DNA of 64,000 bases from Octopus bimaculoides (GCF_001194135.2 NC_068986.1:23671123-23735122), one strand, 5' to 3'; positions 1 to 12,748 are shown, numbered from the stretch's first letter. Numbers and translations are program-made. Notes: a model not told the origin generated them from the sequence alone.

Positions 1-89
1 GCTCTACATTTGTATTTTGTCCACTCTGTGTTGAGCCCTGTGTGGCTAATAAAGAAACATATCTTGCTCTCTCTCTTTCCCTCTAACTA

Positions 90-152
<63 letters not shown>

Positions 153-1271
153 ATCTATCTATCTATCTATCTACATATCTATCTATTTGTGTGTATATAT
201 ATATATGTATACACAAACACCCACATATACATACATACATACATACATGTACGCCCCCACCCCATATAAATATATTGCTGACTTCCATCCAGGACAACCC
301 GGCTGTTTAATCAGTTAGAGTTGAAAAGTAGTGTCTTTCTTAAAAGAAGTTGTATTACAAATTTACTCTGCTCTTTGTACTAAGACCTCCGTCAGTCAAT
401 ATATTCTCTTGTAATCCCTATATGTTCTTGAACGGTAGTAAAACGAAAACACACATCTATACGCACACACACAAATGGAGAATCATATATATATATATAT
501 ATATATATAAGTATGCACGCGTGAAGTATATATATATATATAAGGCTTTAATTAATCTCAAATATATATTGTAATATGATTTCTTGCGTCATATACGGGT
601 CATTATGTAAATGCACCTTTTTGTCATACATTTTCTCCTTATACTACTTTACTCACTCAAACAACGCCCCTCTTTGACTGTAATATATACACACATTGAA
701 CACAACAACGACAAAACAAAAAGAAAAAGAACGACATCTTATCTAAGCACACACACACACGCATGCGCTTAAACATAGATACACGTCAACGCATACATGT
801 TTATTCATCTGTATTTCTTTATAAGTGTTTATAAAAGTAAAAGTGAAAAGCTAATGCTATTCTACTCAGAGATTTGACCATATTATTTTAACAGGATTTC
901 GATAAATACATTATAAATTCTTTCACACAACAATGTTACGTTTGTGAAGCTCTTGTTTACATACAATCACCAATTGTTCCGTGGAATGCTTTGCTGTGTC
1001 GATCGTAAACCTTTAAGTAGCAACTAAAAGCGGTTTTACTGTATAAATATGCTACACCGTGACAATCCTCACTTTGTATAATGTAACAAACGTGTAAAAT
1101 ACAAGAATAACTAGATTTGAGGATTAAAAATACTCAAGAGAAGTTATGACAAAAAACAAACAAAACAACACAAAAATAATAAAACTGTATCTCATAACTT
1201 ACAGATATTTTAAAAGATCCTGTTTATGTATATAACATTTATATGTATATGTACATATGTATATATATACG

Positions 1272-1478
1272 TATTGGACCTTCCCGTAAATAATGTGGTT
1301 TTTCTATAATTTTGTTTTCACAATTTAGATAAACAAAGTTATTTTTTTAATGTAAAACATACTCTTCTTCATTTTCTACAATTCTCTCCCATCTATCAGG
1401 TAAACTTGCAAGGCTCCTCTTCCAAAATTCACTTGTCTATGACAAAAAATACCCCTCCAGTACTGTTCTGACCTCGTC
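1272..1478 (-). mobile_element. Mariner (Tc1/mariner) relic: transposase C-terminus plus right TIR
   Basis: The minus strand at 1478-1347 translates DEVRTVLEGYFLS*TSEFWKRSLASLPDRWERIVENEEEYVLH*, matching the mariner C-terminal pattern (F..K..EF...GI..LP.RW..V..N.G.Y). It is followed by a mariner-like TIR AAAAACCACATTATTTACGGGAAGGTCCAA and a TA. One in-frame stop. Confidence 0.75.
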
Positions 1479-2028
1479 TACAGAAATCATATATATACAC
1501 CTTTCTATTTGATGTGTACATAGTTAGGGATTAATATCATAACATGAACCATACAAAACCTTGAATATAATAAGCAACTGTATTCATGATAATGAAAAAT
1601 ATGCTCGTTCGATAGTTTGTTGACGGATATCTACCTCAGTTATATTTCTGGTTCTATTGGGAAAAGAATGAATGCAGCAGGTTCTATTTTCTCACAAACA
1701 ATTTGCTTAAGATATTCAATAACAAAATTATACGAATTCCTTATTGACGCAGTCGTTAGTTGTGTTTTCTTATGCCTGTAAATGTTACAATTTGAACTCT
1801 CTCTGTGAAGACATCAGATATTTTTCGCTCTGGAACTGTCATTTATAAAGAAGCATTGTTTGAGACTGTGACGTCAGAACGTTCGCCTATTAATTTCCCA
1901 TCCGAATATGTTACTTAATTAATACTTGTATTTTTTAAATATCTTTAATAACAAAGAATTTTGTGTGTGCTTGTGTACACAGCCATATTGATATACAATA
2001 CACATGCCAATGCTATATGTATGTATAG

Positions 2029-2062
<34 letters not shown>

Positions 2063-2805
2063 TTATGTATGTATATATGTATATATACATATACATATGT
2101 ATATATACATATATATACACACATAATATTGTCTGTGGTTGTATATATATATATATGTATATATATTTTAATACTCAAAAACATAGACACAAAGATTCGT
2201 ATCTGTACAAAGCTATTCTTCTTTCTTATTAAGTAGTTTTATTCCACATGTTACATGTTACTCAATATCGCTGTTACCATTGAAGTCTCTAATGTTTTCT
2301 GGAAGCAGACTCTATTGAAATGGAAGGAAGTACAAGTTCTAGAATATGGTTCATCTTTGTTATTTTCAACAAGAAGGAAATAATATTTTCCAAATGTGTT
2401 GTTTTTTAAAAAATATATTTAAAAAAAATTTAAAAGCATAATAATTATCTAAGAACATATTTCTTAGAATTTCTACATCATGTTGTCAATATTATTAATG
2501 AAATACTCTGTAAACAGCAACGAGTTAAAAATAAATTTAAGAAAATACATTAAACAAAACGTAGGCGTATATAAAGATAAAAGACAAAGTTAGACAAAAA
2601 AAATTAATAATCTTAAACAAAAAAATGGTCTATAACAATAATAATAGCAGTAACAATACCTTAAATCAGTACCTCATTAGCTACCACGACAACAAGAATA
2701 ACAATAACTACAGCAGCAGCAGCAGTATCTCTAGCAGGCGAGGAGGGGAATAATCCTCTAAAGCATGAAAATCAAAAACCAGTAATGAAAACGATAACAT
2801 AACAG

Positions 2806-2807
<2 letters not shown>

Positions 2808-2854
<47 letters not shown>

Positions 2855-3107
2855 GTCATCATCATCAGCCCCATCGTCGTTCCCATCGTCATAATCGTCA
2901 TCATCATCGTTATCATCACATGGTTATCAGCTTCATCATCATGATCGTCATCGTCATCATCGTCATCGTCATTATTTTCATTCGTCTCCTCCACGTCCGC
3001 CTCCTCTTCTTTTCATTATCATTTACCATTCTCGCTATCCTCATCAATATCATTATCTTTCTTATCATGATCTTCATTATCTTGTCTCCTCCTCCTCCTC
3101 CTCCTCC
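2808..3107. repeat. Compound (ATC)n/(CCT)n microsatellite running into an assembly gap
   Basis: Pure catcatcat run decaying into ATC/ATT variants, then cctcctcct up to the N-gap at 3108. Confidence 0.9.
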
Positions 3108-4279
3108 NNNNNNNNNNNNNNNNNNNNNNNNNNNNNNNNNNNNNNNNNNNNNNNNNNNNNNNNNNNNNNNNNNNNNNNNNNNNNNNNNNNNNNNNNNNNN
3201 NNNNNNNNNNNNNNNNNNNNNNNNNNNNNNNNNNNNNNNNNNNNNNNNNNNNNNNNNNNNNNNNNNNNNNNNNNNNNNNNNNNNNNNNNNNNNNNNNNNN
3301 NNNNNNNNNNNNNNNNNNNNNNNNNNNNNNNNNNNNNNNNNNNNNNNNNNNNNNNNNNNNNNNNNNNNNNNNNNNNNNNNNNNNNNNNNNNNNNNNNNNN
3401 NNNNNNNNNNNNNNNNNNNNNNNNNNNNNNNNNNNNNNNNNNNNNNNNNNNNNNNNNNNNNNNNNNNNNNNNNNNNNNNNNNNNNNNNNNNNNNNNNNNN
3501 NNNNNNNNNNNNNNNNNNNNNNNNNNNNNNNNNNNNNNNNNNNNNNNNNNNNNNNNNNNNNNNNNNNNNNNNNNNNNNNNNNNNNNNNNNNNNNNNNNNN
3601 NNNNNNNNNNNNNNNNNNNNNNNNNNNNNNNNNNNNNNNNNNNNNNNNNNNNNNNNNNNNNNNNNNNNNNNNNNNNNNNNNNNNNNNNNNNNNNNNNNNN
3701 NNNNNNNNNNNNNNNNNNNNNNNNNNNNNNNNNNNNNNNNNNNNNNNNNNNNNNNNNNNNNNNNNNNNNNNNNNNNNNNNNNNNNNNNNNNNNNNNNNNN
3801 NNNNNNNNNNNNNNNNNNNNNNNNNNNNNNNNNNNNNNNNNNNNNNNNNNNNNNNNNNNNNNNNNNNNNNNNNNNNNNNNNNNNNNNNNNNNNNNNNNNN
3901 NNNNNNNNNNNNNNNNNNNNNNNNNNNNNNNNNNNNNNNNNNNNNNNNNNNNNNNNNNNNNNNNNNNNNNNNNNNNNNNNNNNNNNNNNNNNNNNNNNNN
4001 NNNNNNNNNNNNNNNNNNNNNNNNNNNNNNNNNNNNNNNNNNNNNNNNNNNNNNNNNNNNNGTTGGATTTCTATTTGAAGTTCACATTTCTTGCCAGTTT
4101 TGAAATATTAATTCAAGGAAATTGTATTCTTATCGGCTCATTTCACAATAAAAAGAAAAAAAGAAAAGGAAAAACAAAATCTTCAGATCTAAATCCCTTA
4201 ATTTTCAAATTTGTTTTCTCAATATATCATATGTATACACACACACACACACACACGCGCACACACAAGTGTATGTATG

Positions 4280-4317
<38 letters not shown>

Positions 4318-4490
4318 TGTAATCCACGTGGATTTTTGGCGACTTTTCTGTCTTTCTTTTTCGACGAAGAGCTTTGCTCGAAACGTTAACAGCTCTCTTC
4401 TTTCACCGAGCATGAACTTCAAACATTTCTTGTGCACGTCCTCACGTTCGGTTACTCTGTTTTTTAATTCTTTGTTTTTTAAATTGACGA

Positions 4491-4523
<33 letters not shown>

Positions 4524-4548
4524 TAACAGCTAGAAAACCATCAGTTAT

Positions 4549-4632
4549 GACAATGAGAGTCCTGTTTGATCCGATAAAAAGAACAGCCTACTCGTGAAAT
4601 TAACGTGCAAGTGACTGAGCACTGCACAACGG
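4549..4632 (-). mobile_element. SINE family A 3' tail fragment
   Basis: aacagcctactcgtgaaattaacgtgcaagtgactgagcact is the near reverse complement of agtgctcagccacttgcacgttaatttcacgagcaggctgtt in the full copy at 20773-21154. Confidence 0.65.
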
Positions 4633-4641
4633 AAAATGAAG

Positions 4642-4855
4642 AAGGTGAAGGTAATGCCAATCATTGTTGGGTCCTTGGCAACAGTATCAGAAGACATGAA
4701 AGGGAATGTAAAGGAAATTTATATAGAGTACCCAGAATAATCTGGAAAGTATTAGATAGCTATAAAAGGCAGATAGCATGGAACCGTAGGCTGCAGGTAG
4801 TAAGCCCGCTACGCATACAAGACTCCAGGAGCCCCAACAAAACCTCTGGTAAAGA

Positions 4856-4857
<2 letters not shown>
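4642..4857 (+). mobile_element. R4/Dong-type RLE LINE 3' end (decayed), followed by (TGA)n then (TAA)n
   Basis: Translates KVKVMPIIVGSLATVSEDMKGNVKEIYIE, the C-terminal V.VVPIVVGALG.V.K.L motif of R4/Dong RLE ORFs. Confidence 0.6.
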
Positions 4858-4947
<90 letters not shown>

Positions 4948-4955
4948 TGACAATA

Positions 4956-5400
4956 ATAACGACTATAGCATTCGGCATGATAAATAAACAGATGAACAAA
5001 ACCGTAGAAGCTGTATCTGGATCCTCAACACTACACACTATAGAAAAAATAGCTCTGCTAGGAACCCCCACATCCTACGCAAGACACTATCAATTCAAAC
5101 AAAAAAATGCACAAGACACATTCTATACAGTAAATATCCAATGAAATAAACTACAAGCAGCAAGCCAAATAACCAACGCATTACAAACACAAAAACACAC
5201 AATGGAAACACTAATACAGCAAAAGACTGCACCGCACCTAAATAGAAAAAAAAAAGAATAGAAACTTATGCAGTTCAATACCGAGTAGAGTTTGCACACT
5301 CCCCCCCCCCCCCAAGACCACACAATGCTATACACACCCCAGCAACACGGAAGCATAGCAGGCGATGTAGTAGAAATTTGCTTGAAACTAACAAATGTTG
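4956..5400 (+). mobile_element. R4/Dong-type RLE LINE 3' end with 3' UTR
   Basis: Translates AFGMINKQMNKTVEAVSGSSTLHTIEKIALLGT, then HILRKTLS after a frameshift. It lies between a TAA tract and a CAA/TAA tract. Confidence 0.65.
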
Positions 5401-5593
5401 AACAACAACAGCAGCAACAATAACGACAACAACAACAATAATAATAATCTGATTCTTAAGTCGAAATGAAACGGTCGGAATAAGATTGAAGCTATCAACA
5501 CCTGAGCGGTTTTACTCCATAGATATGGAACAGGGGTAATCGCATGGACAGTAGACAAATAATGATGATAATAATAATAATAATAATAACAAC

Positions 5594-5630
<37 letters not shown>

Positions 5631-5633
<3 letters not shown>

Positions 5634-5820
5634 CCAGGACTTACAAATATATATAACATACAGAAAATTGCACTACTGGGTACTGCACACATTCTACGCA
5701 AAACACTTTCAATACAGTAAACATAAGAGCACCACAGCAAACCACAGCACATACCCAATGCGCACAGAGCTGCGCTCGGTAGTGAAGTGAAAGCACGTTA
5801 TAAAAATAAACTACTGAACA
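5631..5820 (+). mobile_element. Short 5'-truncated R4/Dong-type LINE embedded in (TAA)n
   Basis: Translates TPGLTNIYNIQKIALLGTAHILRKTLSIQ* plus 3' UTR. It closely matches the reverse complement of 24611-24800 and has TAA repeats on both sides. Confidence 0.8.
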
Positions 5821-6708
5821 ATAATAATAATAATAATAATAATAATAGTATACGTATGTATGTATGCATACCCGAAATTTCGAAAACATGGTCAACTTTT
5901 GCCAAGTAAAAATTAATAAATAACTGATTTTCTAAAATTACAGAGTAATCTTTCAATCACATATTAAATTATGTTTTTATATATCACTTGAGGCTATAAT
6001 CAAACATTAATGTGTGTTTGTTTAAGAGAAAACGAGAATGAGATTATCTGCAGAACCGATGAGATCTAAGATCTATTAATTTGAAGTTACTCCACCAACC
6101 CAATCATAAAAGAAAGGAAAACACACACATACATGCACATAATACATACAAACATACATACATACATACGAAAAAAACCAAACAAACTTTGAAACATGAC
6201 GGATCAGCGGAATTCCTATTCATGCAGTTAACAGACATATATTTTTGATGTAATTATTATTGTTGACTACTTCAAACAATGTTTGCCCAGACGGACGCTA
6301 TAAAAGAGACTCACCAAGCGTATTTAATTGATAATTTTATCATTAGATAACTGACAAACAATTTGAGAGCTGTGTTATGCAAAGCATAATCTGAACGACT
6401 GTAACGCAACCGCAATTTCTTTTGTGCTATGAGAAAAGGGCATATCCTTAACAGTGTGAATCAGTAGGATGTGTTATTTGTAATATTATTCTGGGAGGAT
6501 TTCCTGTATAATAATGTATAGCGGTATGACATACCTTGGTTTATAAGCTAGATACAATATACGGTATGCATATATATGCACAAGCACGCTTGTGATAAGT
6601 AGCATTGGAGCCTACATATGCGTGTATCTACATAAACACGCACATACACACATGCATGCACACATATGCATAGATATATGTGTATGTAATATATATATNN
6701 NNNNNNNN

Positions 6709-6893
6709 TTATCTGCAGAACCGATGAGATCTAAGATCTATTAATTTGAAGTTACTCCACCAACCCAATCATAAAAGAAAGGAAAACACACACATACATG
6801 CACATAATACATACAAACATACATACATACATACGAAAAAAACCAAACAAACTTTGAAACATGACGGATCAGCGGAATTCCTATTCATGCAGT
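6709..6893 (+). repeat. Exact copy of 6044-6228 bounded by N-gaps (probable assembly artefact)
   Basis: The 185-bp block ttatctgcagaacc...ctattcatgcagt is repeated identically and sits between gaps 6699-6708 and 6894-7363. Confidence 0.9.
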
Positions 6894-7429
6894 NNNNNNN
6901 NNNNNNNNNNNNNNNNNNNNNNNNNNNNNNNNNNNNNNNNNNNNNNNNNNNNNNNNNNNNNNNNNNNNNNNNNNNNNNNNNNNNNNNNNNNNNNNNNNNN
7001 NNNNNNNNNNNNNNNNNNNNNNNNNNNNNNNNNNNNNNNNNNNNNNNNNNNNNNNNNNNNNNNNNNNNNNNNNNNNNNNNNNNNNNNNNNNNNNNNNNNN
7101 NNNNNNNNNNNNNNNNNNNNNNNNNNNNNNNNNNNNNNNNNNNNNNNNNNNNNNNNNNNNNNNNNNNNNNNNNNNNNNNNNNNNNNNNNNNNNNNNNNNN
7201 NNNNNNNNNNNNNNNNNNNNNNNNNNNNNNNNNNNNNNNNNNNNNNNNNNNNNNNNNNNNNNNNNNNNNNNNNNNNNNNNNNNNNNNNNNNNNNNNNNNN
7301 NNNNNNNNNNNNNNNNNNNNNNNNNNNNNNNNNNNNNNNNNNNNNNNNNNNNNNNNNNNNNNNTATTACATAAATATATACATGTTTATATATTATATAT
7401 AAATATATATATATATATACATCCATACA

Positions 7430-7485
<56 letters not shown>

Positions 7486-8004
7486 GATATAGATATATAT
7501 ATACTACATGTGTGCAATATACAAAATACATATCCACAACCGATGCAATTGTGTTAATGGTTGCTTACTTACAACCGTTCGGTTGGAGAAGGTTTGAGAT
7601 TCCAGTGGATAATCTGTTAGAGTGTCAGCGTTATCGTTATAGCAAATGTACTGCTGTTCGGGTAAATGAACTGTAAATTGTTGGACAGGCGTATGTGAAC
7701 CGTGTAATTTATACCTAAATATCACTCTATACTGCCTCTGATGCTAACTGCATTAACCATTAATGAAAATTTCGATTTTACCATTTATGGTTGTGCCTGT
7801 TGTCCTGTGTTATTGATAATGACACCAACATGGAACTTAATGAATTTATGCGCTGATATATTTGACAGATTTCGCCAGTGCATGTATCTCTACGTTGCAA
7901 TGAAATCCTCACACTCTATATCTAACATTGAAAAAACGGAGATACAATAATCCTTTCTACTATAGGGAAAATGTCCGAAGCCTTGCAGGTGTGAGGCTAC
8001 TCCA

Positions 8005-8551
8005 TTACATCGAATCCAGTGTTTTACTAGTATTAAATTTATCGACCCTGAAAGAATGAAAAGCAAAGTCGACCTCGGCAGCATTTGAAATCAGAACGTA
8101 AAATTCGGACGAGATGCTGCTAAGCATTTTCACCGGCGTGCTAACAGTTCTGCCAGCTTCATCGTCATAAGCGGCGTCGACCCTGACAGAATGAAAAGCA
8201 AAGTCGACCTCGGCAGCATTTGAAATCAGAAAGTAAAATTCGGACGAGATGCTGCTAAGCATTTTGACCGGCGTGCTAACAGTTCTGCTNNNNNNNNNNN
8301 NNNNNNNNNNNNNNNNNNCAGCATTTGAAATCAGAACGTAAAATTCGGACGAGATGCTGCTAAGCATTTTCACCGGCGTGCTAACAGTTCTGCCAGCTTC
8401 ATCGTCATAAGCGGCGTCGACCCTGACAGAATGAAAAGCAAAGTCGACCTCGGCAGCATTTGAAATCAGAAAGTAAAATTCGGACGAGATGCTGCTAAGC
8501 ATTTTGACCGGCGTGCTAACAGTTCTGCTAGCTTCGTCGTCATAAGCGGCG
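8005..8551 (-). mobile_element. SINE family B with a tandemly repeated 135-bp head/core unit
   Basis: The unit cgaccctga...gcggcgt starts at 8043, 8178 and 8418. It is the reverse complement of the family B head and core (gagctggcag...gaggtcgactttgc.tttcat). Confidence 0.85.
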
Positions 8552-9176
8552 TGATAATATCACTAGCTGATTATCCAATTTTATATTCGATTTTCTAAAC
8601 GTATTTATGGTTTTGTATTGTGTTTTCCTAGAATTCTTTTGGGAAATTTAGATTTAGATTTCCAATCAAGCATTCATAGTACAGTGGCTTTCTCTGTTAC
8701 ATAGAGCATATAGGATCATCTCAGTAACCTGCCCAAATATAATGGGCGCTGTTTTTAGATTAGTAATGTCTGTGCAAAAGAGCAGGTCATCGTTTTGTGG
8801 GTCCGGCTTACAATCCTCTTCAAAATGAATAACATAATAATAAGGTAACCCACGTATTTTAATCCTTACGACACAAATACACCCTGCAAGCTGCCAAAGT
8901 TTATCCTTTTACAGTCTATCAAGTAAAAGACCGTTATGTTTCATATTGGAAAGTCTATTAGTCTGGCCTTTCAGACTGCCGTTTGTTTGTGGAAGATAAT
9001 GTTTGTCCCTGATTACTTTCCATTGAAGTCTGCTACTGAAAGTAATGAAAAATTCCGTTTTCCCAACTTCGAATCTGTTTATACTTTATGCATCCATCAT
9101 GGTCCCCGTGTAAATATCTCACTTATTATTAATACGGTAGGACTATACTTTTATCATTAGCGGTTTTATGAGAAAA

Positions 9177-9392
9177 GGCGGCGAGCTGGCAGAGTCGTTA
9201 GCACGTCAGGCGAAATAATTAGCGTTATTTCGGCTGCTTTTACGTTCTGAGTTCAAATTCTACTGAGGTCGACTTTACCTTTCATCCTTTCGTGGTCGAT
9301 TAATTAAGTACCAGTTGAGTACTGGAGATCGATCTAATCGACTGGTTCCTTCCCCCAAAATTCCAGGCCTTGTGCCTAGAGTAGAAAGGAAT
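9177..9392 (+). mobile_element. tRNA-derived SINE family B, full length
   Basis: Head ggcggcgagctggcagagtcgttagc with B-box-like gagttcaaattc, core gaggtcgactttacctttcatcctttcg..gtcgat..aagtaccagtt, tail ggccttgtgcctagagtagaaagga. Many copies in the window. Confidence 0.85.
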
Positions 9393-9504
9393 AATGGTTG
9401 TATGAGAATGTGTGTAAACAATATTTTGATAAATTTCAACAATAAGTTGTTTTTGATGGCAAGTGGACAACTGTTAATTTGTTTCCTTAATTTAGGAATA
9501 TATA

Positions 9505-9662
9505 TTCTTATTTCTTTATTGCCCACAACGAGCTAAACATTAAGGGGACACGCAAGGACAGACAAAGGGATTAAGTTGATTATATCGACCGCAGTGCGTA
9601 ACTGGTACTTATTTAATCGACCCCGAAAAGATGAAAGGCAAAGTCGGCCTCGGCGGAATTTG
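9505..9662 (-). mobile_element. SINE family B core with an alternative 3' tail, 5'-truncated
   Basis: actggtacttatttaatcgaccccgaaaagatgaaaggcaaagtcggcctcggcggaattt is the reverse complement of the B core; its tail matches 45083-45160. Confidence 0.8.
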
Positions 9663-11118
9663 TTTTTTTTTCGTTGTTCGAAAAGATGTTCGTTTTCTAT
9701 GCTTTTGTTTTTATGTATTCGTTTCTCTTTGTGTCTACGTTTCTTTTAATGTCCTGTACCCATATATTCATGTATATATACATATATATATGTAGGTATG
9801 TACATATATGTATGTACATATATGTATGGCAGTAGAATTCTTTAAATAAACGACGTAAAGAAAAAAAAACATGATAATCATTTTCATGAGTCGTAGGCCT
9901 GAATATGTTGTAGCCCAGATTTGGTATTTTGTGACTTTTATCTTCAAAGTGGTACGCTGATTCAACTTTTCAGTTTCTTTCACCGGATGGAAGAGAGAAA
10001 AAAACAAACAAACAAAAGAAAACTAGACCTGGAATGAATTATTGTTTAATTGGCCCAGAACCGCAGTAGAAACGGAAATGGTGTTTCATGCAGGAAATTT
10101 CTGAAATTAATTTCTACACATGTAGAAAATGTTTCACACATGGAACATTTGCCCAACTTCTTTCTCATACCGTTAATTGGAATTAACTTATAGAAAATCA
10201 TTTTCTGGTATTTAGAAAGTGCAAAGAGCCTTCTACTTTTCTATTTGGTGTTCGCTTTTGTATTTGCATCTACAGGATTGCATAATTTTGAACAAGCATT
10301 TCTTATTCAACCATCCTTTTGCACCTATAGCACTTAGTTCATTTTAAGGTATAACATATACAATGTTTGTGTGTGTTTTTAAAGACTTATAAACACTTTC
10401 CTCGCTCCAATTGTTTTTGTTTCAGCGCACGATCTCAGATCAGGTCACTTGCTATGCAAGTACACCCCCGTAATAGACAATGTTGTTCTTTTGAAACGTT
10501 GCATTTTTATCTGTAGTTGACTTAGATTTATTTCTGTGTAGTATTTACCTGCATAAATTCGCGGGTGCACAGAACAAAGTCTGATTGTCTTAAAATATCT
10601 ATTGAAATTCTTGAAAGTATTTCGATTAAATTTATAAAATGTAACAGAAGATGTGCCGACAAATATGTATTCTCTTGTTGAATATAACAAGGGATGATAT
10701 GATGTTGTGATAAGCTGCATGGGAGTCATGATTCGATTGCATTGGTGCGCATAGACAATTTAAGAAAATCAGCGAAACAGTGGAATGTAGAAGAAATGAC
10801 AACGACAGTGATATTTAGAAGAACAGAAGTTATTCCTGAGCCATTATATTTATATGTGAAGCAATATAACACCAAACGATTTGCTCACTGGCATATCGCC
10901 ATTGTATATGCTAAATAAGATGTACTTCGTTGGAAATGTTACTAAGATACGGAAATATAATTGCTTGAGTTACAAAATTGAAGTTCTCATATATATATAT
11001 ATATATTTAAATAATAAAGGTGAAAAATTGAATATTAATTCGATTAATATCAATTTAAAACCAGTGGCTTAGTAAATTGAAAAATCTGACGATTCAAAAA
11101 AATTATATTACATATATA

Positions 11119-11254
11119 TAAGAGGGATGACCACTAAGTGGACATCCTTTTTGCTAGAAGAAGACCACATGCGATCTGACCACTAAGAAGAGATTGTTCT
11201 GGTGTTTACTGAATTTTCTTGAGAACAATCTTTTCTTAGTGGTCATCCCTCTTA
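11119..11254. mobile_element. 136-bp MITE with perfect 20-bp terminal inverted repeats
   Basis: TAAGAGGGATGACCACTAAG (11119-11138) and CTTAGTGGTCATCCCTCTTA (11235-11254). CATATATA flanks both sides. Confidence 0.75.
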
Positions 11255-11264
11255 CATATATATA

Positions 11265-11313
<49 letters not shown>

Positions 11314-11624
11314 TAGATAGATAGATAGATAGATAGAAAGACAGGTAGATTGATATGGATATTCAGATATAGATACATGTGAGTGTATGTATAGGTTGAT
11401 TAATCAATGAATGACTAATGAGCAAGAGAAGTTACACAATCACCTTCAATAATTTGTAACTTGTTTTGCTATATAAAAATCTGCACATCCAGAGATGAGT
11501 ACCAGTGCAATGTGTTAGAGATACTTCGGAACCTACTGGTAGCGCGTTGTACATTTAGTTTACAGTAAACTGGCTATTGGTATGGCTAAGGTTAAGCAGA
11601 ACCATAATATAAATACAGACACAA

Positions 11625-11842
11625 GGCAGCAAGCTGGCAGAGTCGTTTGCATGCAGGGAAAAAATGCTTAGCGGCATTTCGTCTGCCGCAACATTCTGAG
11701 TTCAAATTACGCCGAGGTCGACTTTGTATTTCATCCTTTCGGGATCGATAAATTAAGTACCAGTTGAGTACTGGGGTTGATGTAATCGACTGGTCCATTC
11801 ACCCCCAAAATTTCGGGCCTTGTGTCTTTAGTAGAAAGGATA
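11625..11842 (+). mobile_element. SINE family B
   Basis: Same head, core and tail as 9177-9392. Confidence 0.85.
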
Positions 11843-11862
11843 TTATAAACACACACATACAA

Positions 11863-11893
<31 letters not shown>

Positions 11894-12748
11894 AACAAAC
11901 ATGTTCGCACTCACGCGCAAACGCACAAGTATTTACAGGTACACAGACACGCAGGGACTTACACACACATATATGTATCTGTGTTATGTACGTGTGTCTA
12001 CAAAGCGGATTGTGCCTAGATTACTATATGCGATTTCAAATGTATTTGAATCAAAGAAATTGAATTAGAAAAGTCACCAGAGTTCATATGTTAACTGCAA
12101 ATGTTGCAGCGTCTAGAGAGTGTATGAAAAATATCTTCTTGGCAAGGCAGTATCTTATCTCCTTGCAGAGAAAGCTATTACAAGTGGCTTTATCAGAAGA
12201 TTTTGCGTCTATTCTCCAGATAGATAAACTTAGGCAATTACATTTGAATGCATTATTTTATTTGAGACTTAAGTTAAATAAATCTAATTTTGCACACGAG
12301 ACTATACTTACGCAAACCTACACACGCATACATATACAAAGAAACAGATACACATTTCCACTGCTGATATGTACATACACACACAGACGTGTCTATACAC
12401 GTACGTATGTATGTATTTGTGTATGTATGTATGTATGTATGCATACCATCTTACTAGTCAATTTGGTGCTTATGCACGTGGAACAAAGAGCAATTTTAGA
12501 GCTCGATATTTAACATTACTCTAATGTACGAATTTCTACAAAATTTCACAGCTTTCATGCAATATACAGTAGAATGCTCCATTGGGCTTGGAATCAATTA
12601 TAAAGCACAGTAACGGCTGTGCAATCGCAGACATGGGTGTTTTCAAAATTTCACTTCCGACCTCATAGTTCAGAGGTCATTCCTGTCGCACGAAATCATG
12701 GAAAAGTGACAATTACTAAAGCCTTTCACCGATCATTGTCTTCTTGAA

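Noticed and set aside
1945-2236. Many ORFs made of YIYI, THTH, CVCV, poly-I, poly-M, poly-S or ERER runs throughout the window
   Set aside because: They are translations of stop-free microsatellite frames with no coding signature.
2920-4389. Long ORF-track entries (e.g. 489 aa here, and those at 6746, 14378, 25510, 28246-29512, 35738, 37006, 39237, 54346, 55428)
   Set aside because: They are open only because they span N-gaps; the flanking residues are microsatellite translations.
6044-6893. Apparent segmental duplication 6044-6228 / 6709-6893
   Set aside because: Identical copies with the second bounded by gaps on both sides, typical of a scaffolding artefact rather than biology.
8043-8551. 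Regularly spaced repeats that might suggest a CRISPR array
   Set aside because: The units are contiguous 135-bp SINE pieces with no unique spacers, in a eukaryotic context with no cas genes.
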